Of a DNA stretch of 64,000 bases, positions 13,820 through 27,229 are shown one piece after another. Positions within the stretch are counted from its first letter, which is position 1; each line of letters opens with the position of its first letter. Made by a program: the position numbers and the translations under genes. The notes under the pieces were generated by a model. That model was given only the letters and a program-made list of their open reading frames with translations, searched no databases and had not been told where the DNA came from. The DNA lies in assembly GCF_009914755.1 (NCBI RefSeq), contig NC_060925.1. One strand, 5' to 3'. This DNA is from the human T2T-CHM13v2.0 reference genome, Homo sapiens.

Positions 13820-15719
13820 TTGTTTGTTTTTTGTTTTTTATTTTTTATTGATCATTCTTGGGTGTTTCTCGCAGAGGGGGATTTGGCAGGGTCATAGGAC
13901 AATAGTGGAGGGAAGGTCAGCAGATAAACAAGTGAACAAAGGTCTCTGGTTTTCCTAGGCAGAGGACCCTGCGGACTTCCGCAGTGTTTGTGTCCCTGGG
14001 TCCTTGAGATTAGGGAGTGGTGATGACTCTTAACGAGCATGCTGCCTTCAAGCATACGTTTAACAAAGCACATCTTGCACCGCCCTTAATCCATTTAACC
14101 CTGAGTGGACACAGCACATGTTTCAGAGAGCACAGGGTTGGGGGTAAGGTCACAGATCAACAGGATAAGAATTTTTCTTAGTACAGAACAAAATGAAAAG
14201 TCTCCCATGTCTACCTCTTTCTACACAGACACGGCAACCATCCGATTTCTCAATCTTTTCCCCACCTTTCCCCCCTTTCTATTCCACAAAACCGCCATTG
14301 TCATCATGGCCCGTTCTCAATGAGCTGTTGGGTACACCTCCCAGACGGGGTGGTGGCCGGGCAGAGGGGCTCCTCACTTCCCAGTAGGGGCGGCCGGGCA
14401 GAGGCGCCCCTCACTCCCCAGTAGGGGCGGCCGGGCAGAGGCGCCCCTCACCTCCCGGATGGGGCGGCTGGCCGGGCGGGGGGCTGACCCCCCCACCTCC
14501 CTCCCGGATGGGGCGGCTGGCCGGGCGGGGGGCTGACCCCCCCACCTCCCTCCCGGACGGGGCGGCTGGCCGGGCTGGGGGCTGACCCCCCCACCTCCCT
14601 CCCGGACGGGGCGGCTGGCCGGGCTGGGGGCTGACCCGCCGACCTCCTTCCCGGACGGGGCGGCTGGCCGGGCAGAGGGGCTCCTCACTTCCCAGTAGGG
14701 GCGGCCGGGCAGAGGCGCCCCTCACCTCCCGGAAGGGGCGGCTGGCCGGGCGGGGGTCTGACCCCCCCACCTCCCTCCTGGATGGGGCGGCTGGCCTGGC
14801 GGGGGCTGACCCCCACCTCCCTCCCAGACGGGGTGACTGCCGGGCGGAGACGCTCCTCACTTCCCAGACGGCGTGGCTGCCGGGCGGAGGGGCTCCTCAC
14901 TTCTCAGATGGGGCGGCTGCTGGGCGGAGGGACTCCTCGCTTCTCAGATGGGGCGGCCGGGCCGAGACGCTCCTCACCTCCCAGACGGGGTCGCGGCCGG
15001 GTAGAGGCGCTCCTCACATCCCAGACGGGGCGGCGGGGCAGCGGCGCTCCCCACATCTCAGACGATGGGCGGCCGGGCAGAGACGCTCCTCACTTCCTAG
15101 ATGGGATGGCGGCCGGGAAGAGGCGCTCCTCACTTCCTAGATGGGATGGCGGCCGGGCAGAGACCTCCTTTCTTTCCAGACTGGGCAGCCAGGCAGAGGG
15201 GCTCCTCACGTTCCAGACGATGGGCGGCCAGGCAGAGACGCTCCTCACTTCCCAAACGGGGTGGCGGCTGGGCAGAGGCTGCAATCTCGGCACTTTGGGA
15301 GGCCAAGGCAGGCGGCTGGGAGGTGGAGGTTGTAACGAGCCGAGATCACGCCACTGCACTCCAGCCTGGGCACCATTGAGCACTGAGTGAACCAGACTCC
15401 GTCTGCAATTCCGGCACCTCGGGAGGCCGAGGCTGGCGGATCACTCGCGGTTAGGAGCTGCAGACCAGCCCGGCCAACACAGCGAAACCCCGTCTCCACC
15501 AAAAAAATACGAAAACCAGTCAGGCGTGGCGGCGCGTGCCTGCAATAGCAGGCACTCGGCAGGCTGAGGCAGGAGAATCAGGCAGGGAGGTTGCAGTGAG
15601 TCGAGATGGCAGCAGTACAGTCCAGCTTCGGCTCGTCATCAGAGGGAGACTGTGGAAAGAGAGGGAGAGGGAGACCGTGGGGAGAGGAGGGAGGGGGAGG
15701 GGGAGGGGGAGGGGGAGGG
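13820..15719 (-). mobile_element. Full-length SVA retrotransposon, antisense to PTBP2 (hexamer about 15655-15719, Alu-like about 15270-15650, VNTR about 14330-15270, SINE-R about 13843-14330, poly-A tail)
   Basis: Reverse complement of the SVA 3' end (tttattgatcattcttgggtgtttctc), GC-rich VNTR, GAGAGG/GAGGGG hexamers. 15-bp TSD CTGTTCTGTTTTTTT at 13805-13819 and 15720-15734, followed by AA (L1 endonuclease TTTT/AA site). Confidence 0.97.
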
Positions 15720-16791
15720 CTGTTCTGTTTTTTTAACTATGCTTTAGGGATGATATATAATGTACTTCATGACCAAGGAATCAATCTAATCTTTTTGTAA
15801 TGATGGCATAAAATTCCTTTAAGCCTTGTTTTAATACAAGAAGTCAGTTTATTTAACCTCCATGTACAGAGGAAATACTGAGTTTTAAGATTTTTCTATT
15901 TTTTTTCTGACAAAAATGAAAGTCTGCATATATTCTAAGAGACACCAATTTGAATACTGTTGCTTATAAGAGCAAATAGCATAAAAGACCTTTAAAAATT
16001 GGTGATTATATTTGCCTGGAAAAATACTCCATGTAATTCAGATGACTCAAAAGGACGTTGGTAGACAATGTTACAAGGACACTTTTATGGTTATCAGATA
16101 TAGTACAGGATTTCATTTTTATGTTCCAGCTTCCAGCTTTATCTAAAATATTTCTTGTAATAGATTTTACTGTAGAATTGTTTCCTAAGGCATCTGTCTC
16201 AACAGCCTTTCCCTTATCTGTGCAGACTTTTCTTTCTCTGTACTTGTTGAATAGGTGCTTTTTGTCAAAGAAAAAAATAATTTTACAGGTGAAAAAATTT
16301 CATGTTATTAGAAACTTAATCTCAGGTAAATAAATGTTTAATAAATTGATACAGTAAGGACATTTTCTAATGAATTGGTTCCTTCAAGAGATATAAAAGT
16401 GAAATATTTCAAAAATACAACTGTTCCTAAGTAGCATTAGAATTTGATTTTGTTAAATTTGTAACTATTTAGCAGTGACTATGAGGCTTGACAATTCTAA
16501 GGTACAGTCTCTTTAATTTTCTAGTGATTTCTTTGTAGCTACGGAACTGGAATATCCCTTTAGGTATACATATTTCTGCCAGTGGTGATTGTTACTCTGT
16601 AATAGCAGGATTTTCTGAAAATTATTGCTAAACATGACATTTTGCTCTACCTGAAAGCAGTTAAACCATTCCATAGAGTCTGGAACGTTTTACTTAGAAC
16701 TCTTTTAAGATTTTCATTTTAACTTTTACAGACATATTTTTGAGGTGATGTCATTCTTTTTGCTATAATGTTTTGAAAGTATTCCAGTAGA

Positions 16792-16933
16792 TTATTTCAT
16801 AGTTTTACTATTTATAAAGGTTTTAACAACTCATCTTCTTGCATATAAAGGTAGTGAGAGCCTTATTTCATAGTGTTACTATTTATGAGGGTTTTAACAA
16901 CTTATCTTCTTGTATATAAAGGTAGTGAGAGCC
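16792..16933. repeat. 71-bp tandem duplication (about 5 mismatches)
   Basis: ttatttcatag...aaaggtagtgagagcc occurs twice, starting at 16792 and 16863. Confidence 0.92.
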
Positions 16934-17516
16934 TTCTCTAGGTGCCTTCTGTGTTTTTCCAGCTCATGCCTAATATGCTTTTGACAACTACACCACACAA
17001 CTACTTGGAAATACAAGAGTTAATAGTTACCTTTTACGGAAACCTGGTGAGGCTTTTTGCGTGGTGGCTGTTGCAGAAACAGCCAACAGAATAGCAGAAG
17101 TACCACCTATCTGCACCTACCTGCTTTTTTTCTCTTTAACTCTTCTTTGGAATTTGTTTCTCATACAGGAAAGAGTAGCAGCATTCATTTTTTTTTTCTT
17201 AGCTTAGAGTCTTTTTATTTTGTTTTTTGTTTTTCTAAAGCTAGAAAACACTGCTTTGCCTTGAAGTCTAAAACTGCTTAGAATTAAAACTTCTTTGCCT
17301 CTCAGTTTCATATTTGATAAAGAGAGTTAGGAAAACTTTTATAAATGTGTGTCTCTGAAAGACTTGGAGAATGAAGATGTACCTAAGTTTTGTCACTGAT
17401 TTTCATTGGACAGAAGTATAAGGTTTTGCCGTGTCGTATTTTATATTTGTACACAGTTGAAAGTATAACGGTGAATGAGTAGGACTAAAATAATTTACAA
17501 ATTATATGAGAAAGTA

Positions 17517-17795
17517 GGCCAGGTGCTGTGGCTCATGCCTGTATTTCAGCACTTTGGGAGGCTGAGGCAGGTGGATCACTTGAGGCCAGGAGTTCGAGAC
17601 CAGCCTGGCCAACATGGTGAAACCCCATCTCTACTGAAAATAGAAAAATTAGCTGGGTGTGGTGGTGCACACCTGAATTCCCAGCTACATGGGAGGCTGT
17701 GGCACGAGAATCACTTAAACCTGGGAAGTGGAGGTTGTAGTCAACCAAGATCATGCCACTGCACTCCAGCCTGGCAATACAGCAAGACTCTGTCT
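17517..17795 (+). mobile_element. AluS (Sz/Sx-like)
   Basis: ggccaggtgctgtggctcatgcctgta...agcaagactctgtct. Confidence 0.95.

Positions 17796-17796
<1 letters not shown>

Positions 17797-17836
<40 letters not shown>
17797..17836 (+). repeat. (AGAT)10 tetranucleotide STR in place of the Alu tail
   Basis: Direct read. Confidence 0.97.
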
Positions 17837-17837
<1 letters not shown>

Positions 17838-18949
17838 CTGTGAAACCCAGTGCTAGAGTGTTTATATTTAATAAGTAAAGATAGGTAGAGTATCGGAACA
17901 AAAACAGCATGGGAAACTAACAATTTTGGGGAATGAATGAGTAATCAGGATTCAAAGCAAGTATCAAATGAGTCGGGAAATTAGAAAAGTAGAAATTGAA
18001 GTTTTTAGGGGTGCTATTAGAGAAATTCAGTGAGGAAGAGAGGGTTCACAGTTCCTTGTTGACTGATGGATGTGGTGATTTAACAAATTACCCATGATCC
18101 TTGCCGACACCCATTTATGTAAAAATTGCAGGTAAAAGCTAGTGGAGAACAAAGGTCAGTCAGCAGGAGAAAAGTGATGTACTGATCAGAGGTGAAGATG
18201 CTGGCTTTAGAATTGAGGTGAAAAACTGGTTTTGAGTTTGGAAGAGAAGTATTCAAGTAGAAACCATTTTAAAATTTTATTTGCTTTGAATCCGTGATTA
18301 CATGAACATCTTCCCTAAGCAAGAGGCTTTGAAAGAGTTGAATAATGTATGGAAAATGGTGTGCTTAAAGATTTTTTACATTCATATACAATGAATAAAA
18401 TTTATATGCATAAATAAAAGCATTACCTCATGCCTTCTTAACTGAACATAAACATTTGAATTATTACTGGTTTTACACGCCCAAACAAAAGTTCTGGGTT
18501 TACTGGAGGAATGGAAGGGAAAGATCTCTTTCATTCCCCCAGTAAACCTTTCCCATTCAGGATCATGGGAAGATGCTGAAGAATTGTAGAACTGTAACAC
18601 AGGCAGACCTAATGCTTCATAAGCTAATGTTTCCATTTTTGGACCCTTTTTCGGTGTTGCTGGAGTGTGTTTATATTTGAAAATAGGCTTTGTTATATTA
18701 TTAAAGGAGCCCCCATTCCCAGTTTCACATTCTCATAGTATCATTTATTTAAAATGAAGACTTTTATAATATTTGGCACTAAGATATGAATACTTAGTAG
18801 TCACCTCATGGAAGCTATTAACTGAGGGAGTGTCAGGTAGTGTAAATGTTGATAGTTTACTACAGTAACTGGCTTGGTCTTTGGGAGAAGAGGACAGATC
18901 TTTTTTAGGCAACCTGTATGTAATGTAATGTTTGTTTTTGAGATCCTAC

Positions 18950-19150
18950 TATAGTGTAGTTGTTGAAGAGCACAGACTATGGAATCATGCTCCCTGAGTT
19001 TAATCCTTTCTCTGCTACTTCCTGTCTATACCACTTAGTAACTATCTAATCTTGGGCATTTAACTAATTGTTACCTGTAAATGGGGTTGATAGGTCATAA
19101 TGATAGCAATCTGAGAGTTGTAAATTGCCCGGCATGTAGTTAATTAGCAG
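18950..19150 (+). mobile_element. MIR fragment
   Basis: gtagttgttgaagagcacagactatggaatca...ctctgctactt...ctgtaaatgggg. Confidence 0.6.
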
Positions 19151-21139
19151 TGAATATTAAATATTGATGCAAAATAAAATTACATCTTTTCTATATTTTT
19201 TCCAAGAAGTCAAGATCTTTGTCTTATCCTTTGATTCTCAGAAGTTTCCTACGTTCTTTCTGTGTTATTCAGCTATTTTACTTCTGCTTAATATCCACTA
19301 TCCAGAAAACATCCAACACAAATCCAAAATAAATTATTTAATTTCCTTAATAATAGGTTTAGGCAGGCTTTTGCCTTTTGGGAATTATTTTTGGAAAATC
19401 ATTTGAAAGGGGAAGCCTTTTTTCTCCTTATGGGTACAGTGATAGGTAGTATCTTTATTGGTCTTTTTTTTTCCTTGTCTTTCTCCCAGAAGGAAAAGGA
19501 CAGACCAAATTAGGAGAAACTGAAATTTGCTTTTTTGAGTATCCTGATACCATAACTATAACACATGGGGCTTTAGGTTGGATTGTGAAGTATTTGTTCT
19601 CGTTATTCAAACAAACTAATGAACAAGAACAAATTATCAAGTTTCTGTACTCAGACTGCTTTGTCAAAAAAAGGTCTTAGTCCTGTATCAGAATAGTATG
19701 TGTTCCTTGTTGACTGATGCCGATTGTTGTGTGTGCCCATTATGTGTTTTAAAGTATATGTGTATTTTTTGGATTCTGTGCTTTAGCTTACATTTTCAAT
19801 TAACGGGCCTAGAGATGATTTTGTTAGATAAGATACTACAAAATGCAAAGTTCAGTCTCTTCCTTTTGACAAATTCAGGTGCCCTGTGCGCACACAAATC
19901 TTTGTCAGTAGTGAAAGGACATGTGATAGCTTCCTGTAGTTTTTTCATATTTCTGGAGTGGTGAAGAGCTACCCAGCCAAGATTTTCAGGGCAATATATT
20001 CAGAAGCCAGAGCTTACTCTTCTGTACAAAGACAACCTAAGGGGATTTTTAAATGCATTGGCTTGCCGTTCAAGTATATAAACCTAAGTGAAACTCCTAG
20101 AGTAAAATATGACTTAAGTATAGCTTGAGTCCATATATTATCACTTAGAGATACCTTCTCTGATCATCCAATAAAGTCATTACTACTATCAATCTTCCAG
20201 TCCTAGACAAAGTAACTTTTAAGCACATCACTGTTTTATCTCACAGCATATACCGTAGAAAGTATCTGGTTCAGGTACTAGTTAGTCCAGCTCCCTACTA
20301 TAAGGTATCAGGAATCATATAATCATCTTGTTCACTCTCTGTACCCTCAGAACGTAAAACATTGCTAGACACATCCCTGAATACCCAGTAAATGTTTAAG
20401 GAATTAATGAGTGAATTAATTTTGAAGATACGTTGGAGACCAAGATAATCTGACAGTCTTATAGATGTTGTTGAACATACACAAACACATTATATAGTTT
20501 ATAGGTTGTGTTGAATGTTTTAGGAAATACCATAAATTACCTAAAGTTTTATACAAAATGGAGTATACATGTATATTTCTGAATGTGTCAAGATCCTTCA
20601 TTTTAGCTAAGTCTCAGAAATATCCTTGAGATCCTAAAAGACTAAGAACCATTGATCTGGCATAGTAGATATACTGCAAGTCCTTCAAACAACTGTATTT
20701 AAATATTACCTATTTTATAGGCATTTTGAATAATATTTTTATTTTTTGGTGAAGTTTTGGAATGAAGACAGTTAACTAATTTGTTGATTGAATTATGTTA
20801 CTTTACTTTAAATCTCACGGTAACAGAATAAGGTAATTAAGTTCATGAGTGATTTAGAGTATATTGATGTTAATAGTCACAAAATATTAGGTAGTTTAGA
20901 CGGCAATAGTAATATATCAGGAGAGGCTCATTGTAGATAAGCCATAATATGGATTGACTGCATTATCATTTTTATAAACTTTACATTCTTTGATCCCACC
21001 TTCAAGTACATTTTTCAAATCAAACAATTTATAATTTCTCAGGTAAAATTATAATCTTCCTAATTTTGGTCAAACCAGTTTTTTCACTTTTTAAAAATGT
21101 TCATATTAGTTCATTATAAGATGATTAAATTACAAGATA

Positions 21140-21468
21140 CAGTCATAAATCTTGGGGATAGTGATGAGGATACTCTCGGAGAAATGCATTGTTAGGTAAT
21201 TTTGTCACTGCATAAATGTCATAGAGTACATTTGCACAAACCTGCTACACATGTAGGCTATATGGTATATGTAGCCTTTTGCTCCTAGGCAACAAATTTG
21301 ACAGCATGTTACTGTTCTGAATACTGGAGGCAGTTGCAACACAGTAATAAGTATTGATGTATCTAAACAGAAAAGGTACAATAAAAATATGGTATTATAA
21401 TCTTATGGGACCACCATTGTATATGTGGCCTGTCAATGACCAAAATGTAGTTATGTGGCACATGACTG
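21140..21468. mobile_element. Tigger3a/MER7-like TcMar-Tigger MITE
   Basis: ta|cagtcat...atgactg inverted termini. Internal gagaaatgcattgttagg and tataatcttatgggaccacc. Confidence 0.8.
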
Positions 21469-21789
21469 TGATTGTATTCTTTAGTCATTGGACAGTTTCT
21501 TTATGAGATTACATTTTAATGTTGTTGCTTATTAATAATTACTCTTTATAATACTGTTAAGAAACATTAACAGCAATCTTAAATAGTTGATAATTTCATT
21601 TAATAATAATAGGTGGATATGATTTTATTCCTTTGAAAGCCTGGCATTTGAATTTTCAAGAATTATTTAAGTATTCTCAGCTATGTTTTTAAGTTCTTTT
21701 TGGAAATTTGTAGTTTTTTTACACAAATAGGAAAATTCATACATTCTTTTATTGTTGATATATAAGGACTGTTTTTTAATGTCTTTCAG

Positions 21790-21962
21790 CCAATGGTAAT
21801 GATAGTAAAAAATTTAAAGGAGAAGATAAAATGGATGGTGCTCCTTCTCGTGTACTTCATATTCGAAAATTACCTGGGGAAGTAACAGAAACTGAAGTTA
21901 TTGCTTTAGGCTTACCTTTTGGTAAGGTGACCAACATCCTTATGCTGAAAGGAAAAAATCAG
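21790..21962 (+). CDS. PTBP2: PTBP2 exon 4 (173 nt): (A)[57 protein letters not shown]; KKFK NLS part and start of RRM1
   Basis: Acceptor gtctttcag|CCAATGGT, donor AATCAG|gtacac. Phase 1 to 0. Confidence 0.97.
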
Positions 21963-22794
21963 GTACACTTCTTTCAGGGTTTATGAAATGTTAAACCCCA
22001 AACTATCCAGCAGGTGTGAATTAATTGTAAAAGGGAGAAAATAGTAGGTTATTTTTCTTAAAGAACAGAAGTCTTATTCTCACTTTTTCGAGTAGATGTC
22101 TGTGGGAAACTAATGCTAGGTAGCCAAAGTGAGTGAATCACTATAGTTTTTAAACTTTGTCTTTTGAATTGACTTTAGGGCTCTAATTGAATAATTGTTA
22201 TGAAATTGTGGAAAATACAAATGAAGTATTTCTTTTACTGTGGCTCTGTTCTTTGGTATCAGAAATCAGCAGGGGTACTAGTCGCATCTTTCCTTAAGCT
22301 TTATGAGAATATGAAATTTTATTTAAAAATGTTAAATGATACCATTTAGAAGAATTTATGAAATTTAACACTCCCTTTTATATACTTGAGGTTAATCTGA
22401 CATTTAATTTGTAATTTTGTTCTTTGTCTCTATATAATTATACTGCTTTTAAAATGACTTGGAAATCTTACATTCTCTAGGGTAGAAGTGGTAAAATTCT
22501 GATGCTAGAAAATGTTTACATTTTCTCTAGCATTTGTTGCAAGAATAGATTTGTGGGTGTGAAAAATCATAGGTGGAAGGCAGAAGCAGCGTGTACTCGG
22601 TTTTCTTCTGAGGTTAGCTTTAACTGTATACCTAAACTTCAACAAGAGATTTCTAATTCTACTTATCAGAACATTTAAAAGTAACCTGAAGGATTATATT
22701 CTAGATAATTGATTAAAATCATCTGAATAGATTGCTTAGATATTAATTTTATTTGAATTTATAGTATTAAAAATTGTGCTACTTAAATTTTCAG

Positions 22795-22938
22795 GCATTT
22801 TTGGAACTAGCAACCGAGGAAGCAGCTATTACTATGGTTAATTACTATTCTGCTGTGACACCTCATCTTCGTAACCAACCAATATATATCCAGTACTCGA
22901 ATCACAAAGAACTAAAGACAGATAATACATTAAACCAA
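22795..22938 (+). CDS. PTBP2: PTBP2 exon 5 (144 nt): [48 protein letters not shown]; RRM1
   Basis: ttttcag|GCATTT ... AACCAA|gtaagt. Matches ORF 22774..22974. Confidence 0.98.
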
Positions 22939-23819
22939 GTAAGTATGTGTAGGTACATAAATAAAATGGCCTAGAACATATTATGAATCTCATAAACATT
23001 AATAGGAAGGAAATGTTTACCTGTTCAGATGTTCCTTATAGGCATTTTCTTGTTATTTTTAAGGTATTTTCATGCAGAATGTTTCTAAGTATTAAATACT
23101 ATGTCATTTTGAATTCCTTTAATCCCCTGGTCAAATGTTCTTTTTCTTGTTGCAAGTTAAAATTTTTGTGTAGAAACTTATCAGGTAGGATTTATTATTA
23201 GCATAAACTGTTTATACAACTCTCCTGCTTAGAATTTAAGGTAAGAAGTTCAGTGCCTTTGGTTATTTGATTTTTTTTATAGGTCTTAATTTCTTACGGA
23301 AAATTTTTTTTTGAAGATGTGTTAATGGTTTTCCTGGAAAAGAAATCTTAAGGATGAAGAATATGTGAATGTATTGATGTTTTAAAAATGTAATATAGAA
23401 GATATTGTTTAAAATTAATGTATTCAAAAATAGCATTAGAATGTTTTCCGACCTACATTATAAGACTGCTGTAATGATCTAAAACTTTAGCTGTTTTAAT
23501 ATAGTTTTAAAACTAATGATATCTTTCTCTGTCAGTAAAATACAAACTTTTTCTTAATAAAAATGTAATGGAAAACTGTTCCTCATAGATTTTTGTCACT
23601 TTACAAAGTGACAAAATCATTTTGTTAGTTTATGGAAAATAAGCTTGTAAAACTTTTTACCTAAAAGATAGGACTGAAATTTCAGCTTTTTTAATTTGAT
23701 GATGAGTTTTTAATTTCTTTTGAAAAAGAATGTATGCTTCTAATAATTTATCAAGAGGAAGAATACCAAAAGAAAATATCTGCTCTTCTTTCTTTTTACT
23801 TAGATTTTTTTGCATTTTT

Positions 23820-24800
23820 AACTTATTTTTAACAAATAATTGTTTATACTTATGGTGTACAATGTGATGTTTTAATACATATATATTATGGAATGATCAA
23901 ATCTGGCTGGTTAACATATTCATCTCTTCAGTACTTACAATTTCTTTATGGTAAGAACATTTAAAATTCCTTTAGCTATTTTGGAAGTATACAGTGGAAT
24001 GTGGAAAAACTGTTTTTCCTCTGCTCACACCACAACAATCAACACAGAAGGCTTCTGTGGCCTCAAATGTGGGGGAATTTTTTTCCACGCCAAGCAAGCA
24101 GTCAGGTCTGCAGTGTTCTCCAACTTAGCTCAGTTTCAACACTGTCTGCCGGGAGATAGCATCAGATCCCACAGGTTGAGGGCTCAGTCCCACAAGATCT
24201 CCTGAGACACCAGCAAGTCAGGCCTCTGGAACTTCTGATTGACCAGCTTCAAGTTGGGGTTCCCACAACCCCCTTTTTGGATTTCATTAATTTGCTAGAG
24301 CAGCACACAGAACTCAAGGAAACATTTACTGAGATTTACTAGTTTATTATATAGGATATTAAAAAGGATAATAAGCCTCTAATCATGCCTTGATCTTTCA
24401 GGTGACCAGTCCCCATCTTAAAGTGGGGCTGCCAGCCATCAGTCAACTCATTAGCATACAAAATATATCATTTTGGAGATTTATTAGGAATTTAGAGTTG
24501 TATGCCAGGAAATGGGGTTGAGGACCAAATGTCTATTTTACAATGTCACAATACAGTATTATGCATTACAGTAGTTGCCATGCTGTGCGGTAGATCACCA
24601 GAACCTATTCTTCCTGTCTGAAACTTTGTACTTTGACCATCATCACCCCTTCCCTGTTCACTCCTCCCTCCCCCAGCCTCTGGTGACTATTTTTCTACTC
24701 TCTACTAATGTGAGTTCAGCTTTTTTAGATTACATATGTAAGTGAGATAATGTGTTATTTGTCTTTCTTTGTTTGACTTATTCACTTAGCACACACAGTG
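23820..24800 (-). mobile_element. L1MA-type 3' fragment split by an LTR insertion
   Basis: tttatacttatggtgtacaatgtgatg...; tttagattacatatgtaagtgagataatgtgttatttgtcttt. Confidence 0.7.
23993..24550. mobile_element. MER21-like solo LTR
   Basis: gagatagcatcagatcccacaggttgagggctcagtcccacaaga and ttaatttgctagagcagcacacagaactca. 4-bp TSD ATAC. Confidence 0.75.
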
Positions 24801-24917
24801 TCCTCTTAAAATGACATTTAATATCCCATTTCTAGTTCGTTATTATTTAAGTAATTTGCAAGTACATTCTCATTTTAAAAGATTAAACGAAAGGAACATG
24901 TAAAGAATAAAGCTGGG

Positions 24918-25231
24918 GGCTGGGCTTGGTGGCTTATACTGGTAATCCCAGCACTTTGGGAGGCTGAGGCGGGTGGATTACCTGAGGTCAGGAGTTCAAG
25001 ACCCGCCTGACCAACATGGTGAAACCCTGAGTCTACTAAAAATACAAAAAAAAAAAAAAATTAGCCAGGCATGGTGCCAGGTGCCTGTAATCCCAGCTAC
25101 TTGGAGGCTGAGGCAAGAGAGAATTGCTTGAACCCGGGGGGGTGGAGCTTGCGGTGATCCCAGATGCGTCACTGCACTCCAGCCTGGGTGACAGAGCGAG
25201 ACTCTATCTCAAAAAAAAAAAAAAAAAAAAA
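24918..25231 (+). mobile_element. AluSx-like with expanded middle A-tract
   Basis: Full dimer. TSD aaagaataaagctg on both sides. Confidence 0.95.
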
Positions 25232-25782
25232 AAAGAATAAAGCTGAGGCCTACACATGGATGGATGTGGAGGAGGGGCACTTAGGATGACTAGTGGAAGC
25301 CCCATTGAGAGGGGATATTTGAATAATGAACTTCAAAGTGGTTAGGGAATAAGCCACTTATTCCAGACAGAAGGAATAATCAATGCAAAGTTCCTTCTGT
25401 TGAAAAAAATGCTTTTATAATTTTATTTTTCATCTTCTAAAGCCCTTCAGTCTCCTTTGGTCATCTTTTTTTTGTAGTTGGTTATGCCTTAACAACAGTA
25501 CTTTGAGGATACTAGTTACAGTATTTAAAAAATACGTCACTATATGCTGAGTTATTTTTTCAGTGTTAGCATTTATGTTTATCTTGTTCTCATTCTCTTC
25601 ATCCCCCCTTTGTTGTCTTTTCGTGTTTCAGAATGGACAATTAGATTTTGTTAAAGTTGTATGCTTTCCTCTAGGATAAAGTAATGAAGAGCGTTTACTA
25701 AGCTGTTACCCCCATTCCCCCCAAATACCAAAGAGGCTCTTATTCTGGGTCAACAAAACTCCCTTTAGAATTTCTGGTACCA

Positions 25783-26220
<438 letters not shown>

Positions 26221-27229
26221 AGGAAGAAATTCTGGTTCCTTTAAGGGAGATTTGTTGTTGTTTTCTTCTTTTAATGGTGAGGGTACAAGTTGGTCACAGG
26301 AGGGAGAAGAGAAATTTAGCTCTTTTGTTAATGAACTAGACTTTCTGTTCGTCTGTTTTTCACCCACTCCCTCCTCCTGTGAACCTGCCAATTTCTGATT
26401 TGGTTCCTGTGGCTGCTACCAGTATAACACCTGTTTGCTGTGTGTTCACTGTGTCTCCAGTCCATTTGGTTCCATTCATTTTCTGTGTTCCAGGAATTTG
26501 ATAAAATTATTCTCAGCTAATGATAACCTTCCCTCCCTTCAGTGTTTGTTTATTTTATATTCATTCACTTCTAGGCATTTTAATAGAGTTTCATAATAGA
26601 AGACATGCAAATGAGTATGCATTAACCATGAATTCTTTCACATCCGTTCATGAAATCACCAGGTCCTATTAGTTCACACTTTTTAATTATCTGCCTGGTT
26701 TTCTCCATCTTTCCTGCTACTTGTATTGCTCAAACACACTCACCTGTTGGCTATATTACTACGACAGTTCTCTTTATAAACTACTTTCTTTTTCTTTTCC
26801 CTTCTGGAATTTTTTTCTCGCTAGTACAGCCAGTACGTATCTTTCTCAAATGCACATATCTAAGTTACTCCCATGCAGTAGGTCCTGTTCATGCTCAGGC
26901 TAAAGGCCCTTTCTGAGCTTACTACTTTTTGTCTTGTCTTATGACTACTCCCACCCTATTTGCTTATGCTTCTGTCCCAAAAGTAATGGTGCATCCTGTA
27001 ACCTGGCATGTTTTCTCTTGATGTCAGTCGTTTGCTGCCATTATGTCACTGCTCTCATGCATGGAATATTGTGGGTTGGCCTGCCTTTTGCACCACCCTT
27101 CCTCCACCTCACACTTCACATGGCCAGTGTTAAATATCTTGAGGTCTCCCTTTAGCTATTTCTTCTCCTAAAAGCTATCCCCTGATAAGCAAAGAGTAGA
27201 TTAGGTTTGGATTGAGAGTGTTAACTCCG

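Noticed and set aside
14374-15800. Long overlapping ORFs (up to 202 aa) on both strands
   Set aside because: All lie in the GC-rich SVA VNTR or Alu-like region, where stops are rare. The products are repetitive and low-complexity.
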